From IMG/VR virus record IMGVR_UViG_3300045988_111723, positions 1-30,856 of that record: 30,856 bases of DNA, one strand, 5' to 3'. Origin of the DNA: a virus. The notes below the pieces were generated by a model. It was not told the origin of the DNA. It was given only the letters and a program-made list of their open reading frames with translations, and searched no databases. Positions 1 through 6,736 of the stretch are shown piece after piece (the stretch's first letter is position 1; each line of letters starts with the position of its first letter). Position numbers and translations under genes: made by a program.

Positions 1-23
1 AGGTTCGACTCCTGCTGGCGCAA
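1..23 (+). repeat. attL core, resembling a tRNA 3' end (T-loop TTCGACT, T-stem CCTGC, acceptor TGGCGCA, discriminator A)
   Basis: aggttcgactcctgctggcgcaa is identical to 30834-30856. The GGTTCGAnTCC-type T-arm motif is present. The body of the tRNA would lie upstream of the window. Confidence 0.8.
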
Positions 24-30
24 TTATAAG

Positions 31-76
31 AAAAAGCGCATGATTGATGGATTTTTTAGCAGTCATGCGCTTTTTT
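31..76. terminator. Bidirectional intrinsic terminator next to the att core
   Basis: AAAAAGCGCATGA (31-43) pairs with TCATGCGCTTTTT (63-75), with a 19-nt loop. There is an A-run before and a T-run after, so it is U-tailed on both strands. Confidence 0.55.
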
Positions 77-93
77 GCATTGATTTTAAATTG

Positions 94-113
94 CAGATAC
101 TAACAGATACTAA
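94..113 (+). repeat. Tandem 10-bp repeat CAGATACTAA x2 in the att arm
   Basis: Exact tandem duplication at 94-103 and 104-113. Possible accessory (Xis/IHF-type) site; function unknown. Confidence 0.6.
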
Positions 114-141
114 CGTATAGTTACGGCTTTTAACGTGCAAA

Positions 142-161
142 AAGTAGTCAAAAAGTAGTCA
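142..161 (+). promoter_or_regulatory. Putative integrase arm-type sites, AAGTAGTCA x2 spaced 11 bp (P' arm)
   Basis: AAGTAGTCA at 142-150 and 153-161. The same 9-mer pair with the same spacing and orientation sits at 30778-30797 next to the integrase stop. Confidence 0.5.
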
Positions 162-168
162 GAGCGCT

Positions 169-678
169 TCAGCCGCCCGCGATAGTCTCCCAGTACTCCA
201 CGATCTTGCCGGGCACGGCGTCCTTGTCCGTCAGAAAGGCGGCGGCAAGGTCTGCGTAAAAGTTCGCGGTGTCGATGCCGTAGGACTTAGCGACCATGCA
301 GTAATCGGAGTACATCATGTTCATGGCTGCATAAAAATCGGCCTTATCATAGGACAAGCCGCGCTGAGACATCACGGCGCTGGTCTGATCCGGCGTCCAG
401 TGGGAGCCGGTGGTGCCGTCGGCGTTTTGCATTTTGGACGTCCAGCGCTTCGCGTCCTCTAAGGTGAGGTGCGCCGGATGGGCGGCGTGCTCAACGTGGG
501 CGGCTTCGTGCTTGTCTGCCTTGTGGTGCTCTTCAGCGGGGGCAGACATAACGTCGAGGCCGCAGATGCTCTCGATCAGCTTATGGACATCATCAAGATC
601 ACAGCGGCAGAATGTACCCCGCTCCTCGATATCATGGAGCTCCTTGCACATGCGTGCACGCAGATCATCGTAACACAT
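169..678 (-). CDS. Hypothetical cargo protein: Cys-rich N-terminus, His-rich linker, conserved-looking C-terminal domain
   Basis: 169-aa ORF with SD GAGGAGG 8 nt upstream of the ATG. Contains an HHKADKHEAAHVEHAAHPAH linker. No family recognised with certainty. Confidence 0.65.
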   Translation of the reverse strand: MCYDDLRARMCKELHDIEERGTFCRCDLDDVHKLIESICGLDVMSAPAEEHHKADKHEAAHVEHAAHPAHLTLEDAKRWTSKMQNADGTTGSHWTPDQTSAVMSQRGLSYDKADFYAAMNMMYSDYCMVAKSYGIDTANFYADLAAAFLTDKDAVPGKIVEYWETIAGG

Positions 679-691
679 GGCAGTTACCTCC

Positions 692-1090
692 TCACAGCTT
701 GGTGACGGTCACGGCCAGATTAGAGACCGTAGATTCAGCGCCGCCCAGCGCAAAGGACAGGATGGAGCTGCCACAGCCGACATTGAGGACGATGAAATCC
801 AGCGACAGGTTCGCCGATGCGGCTGCTGCGGCCGTAGTGGCGGACGCAGTGGCACCGATCACAGCGACGCTGTCCTTCTGGCCGGTGATGGATACCGTAC
901 CGGCTGCCGTCGGTGCGACGGTGGCCGATGCGTTGACCAGATAGTAGCCGGGCCCGGACAGCGTGATGGTGTTGCCGTCCTGATTGATGCACTTGCCGAA
1001 ACGGCGCACCGTGGTGCCCACAGGGATGATGTTGCCGGCCGCAAGCGCGGTGGGCGTAGTGTTAGCGGTATAGATAGCAGACCTAGACAT
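692..1090 (-). CDS. BclA C-terminal-domain-like (C1q/TNF-type jelly-roll) protein, no collagen stalk
   Basis: The by-eye sequence pattern (NTITLSGPGYYLVNASATV...SVSITGQ...NLAVTVTKL) resembles the exosporium BclA C-terminal domain. The start is set at the second ATG (1090), which is 8 nt from the GGAGG; the ORF track starts at 1096. Confidence 0.6.
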   Translation of the reverse strand: MSRSAIYTANTTPTALAAGNIIPVGTTVRRFGKCINQDGNTITLSGPGYYLVNASATVAPTAAGTVSITGQKDSVAVIGATASATTAAAAASANLSLDFIVLNVGCGSSILSFALGGAESTVSNLAVTVTKL

Positions 1091-1105
1091 AGTCATATCC
1101 TCCTT

Positions 1106-1138
1106 AAAAAATAAGCGGGGCAGCTTTTGCCGCCCCGC
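1106..1138 (-). terminator. Intrinsic terminator between the membrane-protein gene and the BclA-like gene
   Basis: Minus strand reads GCGGGGCGGC-AAAA-GCTGCCCCGC followed by TTATTTTTT. The U-tract runs directly into the AAGGAGG RBS of the next gene. Confidence 0.65.
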
Positions 1139-1165
1139 ATGTCCTCGCCGATAGGGCGTCAGATG

Positions 1166-1816
1166 TTAGATGTTGCCACAGCCATTGCAGCCGCAGAAGG
1201 GCGACGGCCCGGCGTTGTAGGTGTACCCGTTGGGATACCGCACAACGTTGGTCATCTGGCTCTGGAACTCCAACTGGTTGATGCGCTGGGCCTGTGCCGC
1301 GATGGTCTGCTCAAGCTGGTTCTTCTGGAGCTCGGCAAACTTCGCATTGATGTTGGAGTTGATCTCGCAGGTCTGCTTGTCCATCTGGGCGGCCAGATTA
1401 GCCGCTGCCAGCCGGTTGTCGCAGCCGCACTGTGCGAGCTGGTTCTGGATGCTGTTGCCGGTCTGGAGGATGGTGGTGTTGGTACCAGCCTGTGCCAGAG
1501 CAACTTCCTTGCCGAGCTGGCCGATGTTGCCCTGCATCTCGTAGCCGAGATTGCAGATGCCGTTGCCGATGTTGGTCAGGCGGTCGTTGATCTGGCCGAA
1601 CTGCTGGCCGAAGAGGATCTCCTGCTGGCTGGCAGCAGTGGCGTACTGGCCGAACTCGCCCTGACGGTTGCCAAACAAACCGCCGCCGCCCATCATGGCA
1701 AAGAAGAAGAACAGGATGGCGAGGAAGAAAATACCGCCGCCGGAACCAATGCCGAAGCTGTTATCGTCATTGTTGCGGGTCGCAGCGGCGATATCTGCCA
1801 AAGAATAGTTATCCAT
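1166..1816 (-). CDS. Single-pass membrane protein with Q/N-rich coiled-coil region and Cys-rich C-terminal tail (FCGCNGCGNI)
   Basis: 216-aa ORF. Gly-flanked hydrophobic segment GGGIFFLAILFFFFAMMGGGG. No family assigned. Confidence 0.7.
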   Translation of the reverse strand: MDNYSLADIAAATRNNDDNSFGIGSGGGIFFLAILFFFFAMMGGGGLFGNRQGEFGQYATAASQQEILFGQQFGQINDRLTNIGNGICNLGYEMQGNIGQLGKEVALAQAGTNTTILQTGNSIQNQLAQCGCDNRLAAANLAAQMDKQTCEINSNINAKFAELQKNQLEQTIAAQAQRINQLEFQSQMTNVVRYPNGYTYNAGPSPFCGCNGCGNI

Positions 1817-1874
1817 GGTTATTGTCCTTTCATGTGATTGGTTAATATTTCAAATCGTGGCCACGATTTTCCGG

Positions 1875-2114
1875 TTATTTAAGGTAAGGCTTGATGTACG
1901 GCAAGAGCTGCTTCACAACTGTTTCGAGCTGCTTATATTGCTCTTGCGTCATTTGCCCGGATTTCAAGAGTTCCTGTACTTTTTTCTTCGGGTCACCCTG
2001 AAATTTAGAGCAGAATTCCGTGAACTGTTGCAAAATCTGCATCATGTTGCCCAGAGGGCCGGGAAAGCCGGACGGCGCACCGCCGCCCATGAACTGCATC
2101 AGCGGGTTGCTCAT
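1875..2114 (-). CDS. Small hypothetical protein (79 aa)
   Basis: ORF with a strong AAGGAGG 7 nt upstream of the ATG at 2114. The ORF-track start at 2120 is only 1 nt from the SD. Confidence 0.6.
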   Translation of the reverse strand: MSNPLMQFMGGGAPSGFPGPLGNMMQILQQFTEFCSKFQGDPKKKVQELLKSGQMTQEQYKQLETVVKQLLPYIKPYLK

Positions 2115-2116
2115 CG

Positions 2117-2521
2117 TCATGCCTCCTTAGTCCGGGTGGATTTTGCGGCAGGGGCGGGCTGTAACTGACTCATCGCCTGAGAGATCGCGGCGTTGATCCG
2201 CTCTTCCATCTGCTGCTCGGTCACATAATTGCAGCCCGGTGCCGGTGTCTGCATGGCTGCCGGGTCGAACTTTGACAGCCGGTAGTACTCCGTGGTCGCG
2301 TAGCCCACCGCACTGGCCGTTTTGACCGCGATGACCGCATCGTTCTGCACCATGATCCAGCGGGTCTCCCCTGCTTGAGCAACCACCTTGTCCACGTCTG
2401 CGATGGTCGGAACCATCAAAAACGGGTTTTGTGCCACCTGCGGCTGCTGCATCTGGCCGTATCCGTTGTATGGCTGGCGGTTGTACTGGTTCGACTGGCC
2501 CCAGTTGTCATATACACCCAT
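2117..2521 (-). CDS. Hypothetical protein with Q/N/Y-rich N-terminus
   Basis: 134-aa ORF with a GGGAGG RBS. First gene after the tandem terminators. Confidence 0.65.
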   Translation of the reverse strand: MGVYDNWGQSNQYNRQPYNGYGQMQQPQVAQNPFLMVPTIADVDKVVAQAGETRWIMVQNDAVIAVKTASAVGYATTEYYRLSKFDPAAMQTPAPGCNYVTEQQMEERINAAISQAMSQLQPAPAAKSTRTKEA

Positions 2522-2612
2522 ATCGCAATCCTCCCTTGCTTTTGTGGCCTAAGTGTATCGCATTGGAGAAAATTGAAAGACAACGAAGGCACAACGAACG
2601 CCAAACAAAGGA

Positions 2613-2656
2613 CAAAAAAGAAAAAGCGCCCACACGGAAAAATCCGCATGAGCGCT
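2613..2656 (-). terminator. Intrinsic terminator (second of a tandem pair)
   Basis: 13-bp stem AGCGCUCAUGCGG/CCGUGUGGGCGCU with three G.U pairs that exist only in the minus-strand RNA, followed by UUUUUCUUUUUUG. Confidence 0.7.
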
Positions 2657-2674
2657 TGAAGATTCACCTATAAA

Positions 2675-2745
2675 GCAAAAAATCCCCCGCTTTGCCTACA
2701 AAGCACCTCGCGTGGAACGCAAGGCTTCGACAAAGCAGGGGATTT
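2675..2745 (-). terminator. Long branched hairpin terminator ending the lysis/sigma-like transcription unit
   Basis: 15-bp outer stem (2680-2694 with 2731-2745) and an inner 7-bp hairpin, each with a wobble pair valid only in minus-strand RNA. Followed by a U6 tract. Confidence 0.6.
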
Positions 2746-2805
2746 CAGACATCCACCATAATGCGCTTCTTCGAGAGGCCGGGTGGATTTGTTGGTATTA
2801 TTTTA

Positions 2806-3262
2806 TCACGCATCCAGTATTTTATCAATGATTTTCAACCTATTGCCAATTGATGTACGGCAATAAGGCACACGCGCTGCAATATCAGCTTGGCATAGCT
2901 GGTCAACGTACCGCAACCGGGCGATTTTCCGGTCATACCTCCCAAGCGGCGAACGTTTTATTACAACCTTTATCTGTTCTGCGTCAAGCCCTTGCAACGC
3001 TGGCGGGAAAACTACACGAGCCGCCGCCACAGGCAGCACCGAGCCAGAAGGGTTGCGGGAGCTGTCCGGCGTTGCGCTTAGACACGCCAAAAGCGATATT
3101 AAGAGCCAAAATGATAGATTTTTTAGCAAAAACAGGCTTTAAGCACCCGATTTTGTTGGCCTTAACAAAATCGCAGACCATTTTCGTGACGTGACGAAAT
3201 TGCTCTCGTGCGGCGTACATTTTGTTGACGTCAACAAAATGCTTGTATGTAGTGTTGCTCAT
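2806..3262 (-). pseudogene. Sigma-70 region-4 / DUF1492-ArpU-like regulator, split over two overlapping frames (frameshifted or recoded)
   Basis: ORF 3262-2984 has a strong RBS (TAAGGAG repeated three times). ORF 3129-2806 carries the HTH-like C-terminus (RKIARLRYVDQLCQADIAARVPYCRTSIGNRL) but has no RBS of its own. The two overlap by 146 nt, offset by +1. Confidence 0.45.
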
Positions 3263-3279
3263 AGTATGCTCCTTACTCC

Positions 3280-3531
3280 TTACTCCTTACCCTGCATCTG
3301 ATTGAGCAGATGGTCGGCGCGGATAGCCTCCTGCGTGAAACTGTTGTTCTGCCACCACGCGATCAGCGCGGTGATGGTGGTGATGCCAGCCGTGACAAGC
3401 TGCTCCACGGTGGCGCTCTCAATGGGCAGGACGGGCTTGCCCAGTGCGGACAGCACCTGATTGGTCAGAGCCAGCAGCAGACAGACGGTGCGGGCGATGG
3501 TGGCGGCGGAAATCTTCTCTTTCTGGATCAT
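3280..3531 (-). CDS. Holin, SPP1/XhlB-like family
   Basis: 83 aa. TIARTVCLLLALTNQVL...GKPVLPI...AWWQNNSFTQEA matches the XhlB/SPP1 holin pattern. Confidence 0.85.
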   Translation of the reverse strand: MIQKEKISAATIARTVCLLLALTNQVLSALGKPVLPIESATVEQLVTAGITTITALIAWWQNNSFTQEAIRADHLLNQMQGKE

Positions 3532-3533
3532 TA

Positions 3534-3821
3534 CTAGTCCTCCTTGATGGGTAATGCCTTGGCGCGGTTGTACAGCTCTGTGCCGGTGCCGTTGCCGCCA
3601 AGGGTATGATAGCTCTTATATAGGTACTCAATATTTTTGAGTCCTGCCGTGTCGATGCAGCCCTGCTTGATGTAATACTGACACGCCTGATAGATACGAT
3701 CATGCAGGATGGCCAGCACGCCGTCCAGCAGGGCCTTGTACTTGATGACCACCGCGATGACGGCGGTGCCCAGCAGACCGAAAGCCCACTCTGCCCAGTA
3801 TTGGGCAATCCATTGCCACAT
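3534..3821 (-). CDS. Small N-terminally anchored membrane protein in the lysis cassette
   Basis: 95-aa ORF with one TM segment (FGLLGTAVIAVVI), located between endolysin and holin. Confidence 0.6.
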   Translation of the reverse strand: MWQWIAQYWAEWAFGLLGTAVIAVVIKYKALLDGVLAILHDRIYQACQYYIKQGCIDTAGLKNIEYLYKSYHTLGGNGTGTELYNRAKALPIKED

Positions 3822-3826
3822 AGGCG

Positions 3827-4483
3827 TTACACCTCCCGGAGCCGGTCAAGCCCCTTTTTCGCGATGATCGCGGCGTAATCCTTATACGCATGGCTCAGGT
3901 CAACACCCTTGCTCACGCCGGGAACCTTGCCCTCAGCGGTGTACTGCCACATCCCAAAGGGCCAGCCGGGTGCGGGCTTGTCCTTGCGGTAGGCGGCGAG
4001 CCATACGTCATAAGGCTTCAGCGCTGCGCCGCCCATGTAGAGGTTATTCTGCGCAAAATACAGGCCGGTGTAGAGCATGGCATAGACGCCCCAGCTCTCC
4101 ACCGTGCTCAGGCAGTAGGCCACAAGGTCGGTGAGCTTGCTCTTGCCGAGGGCGGTCAGGCCCGCGTCCTCAATGTCCACGGCCACGGGGAGCTGGAACG
4201 TTCTGCCGCCCAGCGCGGCGCGGAAGAACGCCAGCTCCTTGTCGGCCTCGGCGCGGGTGACGGCCTTGAAATAGCCGTACACGCCCACCGGCAGTCCTAC
4301 GCGGGCACACTCGGCGTAGTTGCGTGCAAAATAGGGGTCGAGGTACGGCTTGCTGGCCTTGCCCGCCGCGCTGTTGCCCAGAACCCGCAGCATCACGCCA
4401 TCTACTTTGCTGCTGCGCTTCACTGCGTCCCAGTCGATGCGGCCCTGCCAGCGGGATACGTCCATGATGGTCTTGTCAGCCAT
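3827..4483 (-). CDS. Endolysin, GH25 muramidase
   Basis: MDVSRWQGRIDWDAVK...DGVMLRV... is a typical GH25 pattern. The ATG at 4483 has AGGAGG 8 nt upstream, so the longer ORF-track start at 4594 is rejected. Confidence 0.9.
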   Translation of the reverse strand: MADKTIMDVSRWQGRIDWDAVKRSSKVDGVMLRVLGNSAAGKASKPYLDPYFARNYAECARVGLPVGVYGYFKAVTRAEADKELAFFRAALGGRTFQLPVAVDIEDAGLTALGKSKLTDLVAYCLSTVESWGVYAMLYTGLYFAQNNLYMGGAALKPYDVWLAAYRKDKPAPGWPFGMWQYTAEGKVPGVSKGVDLSHAYKDYAAIIAKKGLDRLREV

Positions 4484-4607
4484 TGCCCTGCGCCTCCTTG
4501 TCCAGCTCGGCTTGTACGCGGGCCCGCCAGCGGGTCGGGACGTCGTCAATGGTGAAGGTGCCTTCGAACTGGTGGAGCTTGATTTGGGTAACATAAAAAT
4601 CGATCAT
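4476..4607 (-). CDS. XkdX-like small phage protein (43 aa, below the ORF-track cutoff)
   Basis: Hand translation gives MIDFYVTQIKLHQFEGTFTIDDVPTRWRARVQAELDKEAQGNG. There is a GAGGAGG RBS. It overlaps the endolysin start by 8 nt. Position between fibre and lysis genes matches PBSX xkdX. Confidence 0.55.
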   Translation of the reverse strand: MIDFYVTQIKLHQFEGTFTIDDVPTRWRARVQAELDKEAQGNG

Positions 4608-4610
4608 ATT

Positions 4611-5036
4611 TTAGCCCTCCTCTGTGGCATATGCGGCCAGCAGGTCGCGCATGGCGGATTCTAGTGCGGCAAGCCGGGTCTCGGTGTTCGGCAGCTTTGC
4701 TTGCTGCTCTGCCTTTTCGCGGGCAGCGGCCTGTTCGGCCAGCTCCTCTTCCGTATACAGGATGTACCGCTGTACCTCCACCTCTTCGTCGTAGGCTTCC
4801 TGTGCGGCCACACCGGGCACGTCCACCACCTTGCGGACATCACGGCCTTTTTCACGACCATCTGCGTCATAGTAGATTGCAGGGGTCCCGTCCGGCAAGG
4901 TTTCGGTCTCGTAGTGGCTGACCTCTTCCACCGCTTCCACAGCATCGTGGTGGATGGTCTGGGTTTCCTGCTTGAGGTAGCCTTTTGTCAGGTCGGGGTT
5001 TTCAATCGGGATGCCGTGTTCGTCAATGATTTGCAT
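4611..5036 (-). CDS. Hypothetical tail-fibre-adjacent protein
   Basis: 141-aa acidic ORF with an AAAGAGGTGA RBS, immediately downstream of the fibre locus. Confidence 0.7.
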   Translation of the reverse strand: MQIIDEHGIPIENPDLTKGYLKQETQTIHHDAVEAVEEVSHYETETLPDGTPAIYYDADGREKGRDVRKVVDVPGVAAQEAYDEEVEVQRYILYTEEELAEQAAAREKAEQQAKLPNTETRLAALESAMRDLLAAYATEEG

Positions 5037-5069
5037 ATTGGTTCACCTCTTTCATGTTGTTTTGATTTC

Positions 5070-5117
5070 CCTCCCATCCTGCCGGGTCCACCGCCGAGGC
5101 GGGGCTGCCGAATGTGA
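5070..5117. repeat. Left 48-bp inverted repeat of the invertible tail-fibre segment
   Basis: Base-by-base reverse complement of 5579-5626 with no mismatch. Confidence 0.95.
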
Positions 5118-5356
5118 GCGGAGAAGTTTCTTTTGACAGCAATAGCGCGCTTATACGTGACACAAGTGTATTCAGTGGATGCTTTATGGCTGGCAAATCT
5201 AAATTTGCCAATACTCTAGGAGGTTTTGGCTTTAATGACTCAAAACCCGGACGTCCTTTGGCATTCGATGCTTCCCGTTCCAACTCCATCTACGGTAAGT
5301 CTTCCACTGTCCAGCCCCCGGCCTACTATGCGTACATCTGGCACAGAATCGAGTGA
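5114..5356 (+). other. Silent alternative tail-fibre C-terminal cassette (promoterless, no RBS/ATG; frame opens inside the left IR)
   Basis: Encodes ...SNSIYGKSSTVQPPAYYAYIWHRIE, homologous to the expressed fibre end SSSIYGKSSTVQPPAYYVNIWKRVV. The frame continues upstream through the IR as SHPAGSTAEAGLPNV. Confidence 0.8.
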
Positions 5357-5357
5357 G

Positions 5358-6734
5358 TCATACCACCCGCTTCCATATGTTGACGTAGTATGCAGGCGGC
5401 TGTACGGTTGAGCTTTTTCCGTAAATGCTTGAAGATAGTGAAGCATTGAAGCTGAAAGACCCAATTTTCACGTAATAATCATTTCCGTAAGGCAGGCGAC
5501 TGTCACTTAAATCTGTTACTCTTAATGCACCGTCTCCGGAAGGCCTTTGGGTATACCAAAAATTGCGAACGTTTCCCGTCACATTCGGCAGCCCCGCCTC
5601 GGCGGTGGACCCGGCAGGATGGGAGGTGCTGGCGCCCATCAGGGCCTGGTCTTCTGCAATTTTCTCCCACGTCCCGCCGAACATCTCTGCCGGGCTGGTG
5701 GGATCATTGCTGACCCAGAATTTGATTTTTGCGTATTCTTTCTCACGATAGGCAGCAAGGCTGTCCTCAATCAGCTTTTGGATTTCCTTTTTGGTGTACC
5801 TCACCGCCAGCTCATCACCCACCTGCTTTGCATCCGCCGGAGCATCGGGAATGCTCAGAGTCTTGTCCGTCCCCGCCTTGGCCCCGGCTTCCTCAGAGTA
5901 CTTCTTGGCGGCTTCCTCATGTTTGGCCGCGTTGCTCTCCGACGTCGCCGCTGCCGTTTTGGACTTTTCTGCCGCGCTGGCCGAACCGGATGCTTCCGTG
6001 GCACTTCCCGCCGCAGCGCTCTGGCTCCGGGCGGCTGCGGCGGCGGAATTGGCAGAGGCAGAGGCGCTGCCCGCAGCTTTGCTCTCCGACGTCGCCGCTG
6101 CCTCCTTGTAGGCCTTGGCATTAACCTCCGACTGTGCTGCTGCGGTCTTGCTGGCATTGGCCTCTTTGGCGGCGGCGCTGGCCGTCTCTTCCAGCGCGTT
6201 GATGTGCTCCCGTGCGGAGGCCAGCAGCTCCTCCGTCGGGATGCCCGTCACGCCGTCCCGCATGACGCCGCAGAGGGCGGGGTCCAGCCGGGTGTCGATG
6301 ATGTTGCCCGCGACGATGGTGGTGGAGCCAGCAGGGCGGGTGATCTGGGCGAGGCACAGGTCGTACAGCAGCGCCGTGCGGGAGATGTCCGGTGCGGTGG
6401 GCTGGGTGTCGGGGGTGCCCTGCAGCACCAGCAGGGAGGACTTGCGGGCCGCTGCGTCGTAGCGCAGCACGATGCGGTCGATGCGGGGGCGCTGGCCGTC
6501 CGCAAGGGCGAGGGTCAGGGTCTCGGCCTCCCGCAGGATGACGCTGTAGCCCTCGAATCGGGCCGGGTGAATCCAGCCCACACCGGCGCTGACGGTCACG
6601 GACAAGCCGCCCGCCGCCGTGACCGCGAAATCCTCCTCGCTGCTGTACACGCCCGACGTGCGGGTGGCGGTGTACCCGGCAGCGTCGCGGGCGTCGTAGT
6701 CGATGCCGTTGAGGGGGTAAGTAGTAATAGCCAA
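5358..6734 (-). CDS. Tail fibre / receptor-binding protein (Ala/Ser-rich coiled stalk, tail-collar-like C-terminus)
   Basis: 458 aa. TTG start with GGAGG 8 nt upstream. C-terminal pattern FGGTWEKIAEDQALMGA...VQPPAYY. Position is after Dit and the Gp37-like gene. Confidence 0.9.
   Translation of the reverse strand: MAITTYPLNGIDYDARDAAGYTATRTSGVYSSEEDFAVTAAGGLSVTVSAGVGWIHPARFEGYSVILREAETLTLALADGQRPRIDRIVLRYDAAARKSSLLVLQGTPDTQPTAPDISRTALLYDLCLAQITRPAGSTTIVAGNIIDTRLDPALCGVMRDGVTGIPTEELLASAREHINALEETASAAAKEANASKTAAAQSEVNAKAYKEAAATSESKAAGSASASANSAAAAARSQSAAAGSATEASGSASAAEKSKTAAATSESNAAKHEEAAKKYSEEAGAKAGTDKTLSIPDAPADAKQVGDELAVRYTKKEIQKLIEDSLAAYREKEYAKIKFWVSNDPTSPAEMFGGTWEKIAEDQALMGASTSHPAGSTAEAGLPNVTGNVRNFWYTQRPSGDGALRVTDLSDSRLPYGNDYYVKIGSFSFNASLSSSIYGKSSTVQPPAYYVNIWKRVV
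5579..5626. repeat. Right 48-bp inverted repeat (inside the expressed fibre gene)
   Basis: Perfect reverse complement of 5070-5117. Confidence 0.95.
5932..6102. repeat. 24-bp direct repeat 147 bp apart inside the fibre stalk
   Basis: ttgctctccgacgtcgccgctgcc at 5932-5955 and 6079-6102, in frame (49 codons apart). Confidence 0.85.
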
Positions 6735-6736
6735 AA

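Noticed and set aside
1-23. The att core could be a tmRNA (ssrA) 3' end rather than a tRNA.
   Set aside because: tmRNA 3' ends close with a G-rich acceptor partner and ...CCACCA. Here the acceptor strand is TGGCGCA-A with no CCA. A tRNA 3' end fits better, though the identity cannot be set without upstream sequence.
1852-1869. 18-bp palindrome AAATCGTGGCCACGATTT between two cargo genes.
   Set aside because: It is a single copy with a short 7-bp effective stem and no U-tract. It could be a weak hairpin or a binding site, but nothing distinguishes it from chance.
3827-4594. Long 255-aa version of the endolysin ORF, and the long versions of ORFs at 6737-7927, 14721-15488, 19352-20020 and 24643-25356.
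   Set aside because: The upstream extensions overlap the preceding genes, are low-complexity, and lack an RBS. Internal ATGs with good SD sequences coincide with the start of recognisable homology.
5023-5464. Minus-strand ORFs 5023-5289 and 5240-5464 within the invertible segment.
   Set aside because: They are antisense or out of frame relative to the two fibre cassettes, which have clear homology to each other. They have no RBS.
5063-5630. The tail-fibre repeat system could be a diversity-generating retroelement (TR/VR pair).
   Set aside because: The repeats are inverted and identical, with no adenine-specific mismatches. No reverse transcriptase or Avd-like gene is present in the window. 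The geometry fits site-specific inversion instead.
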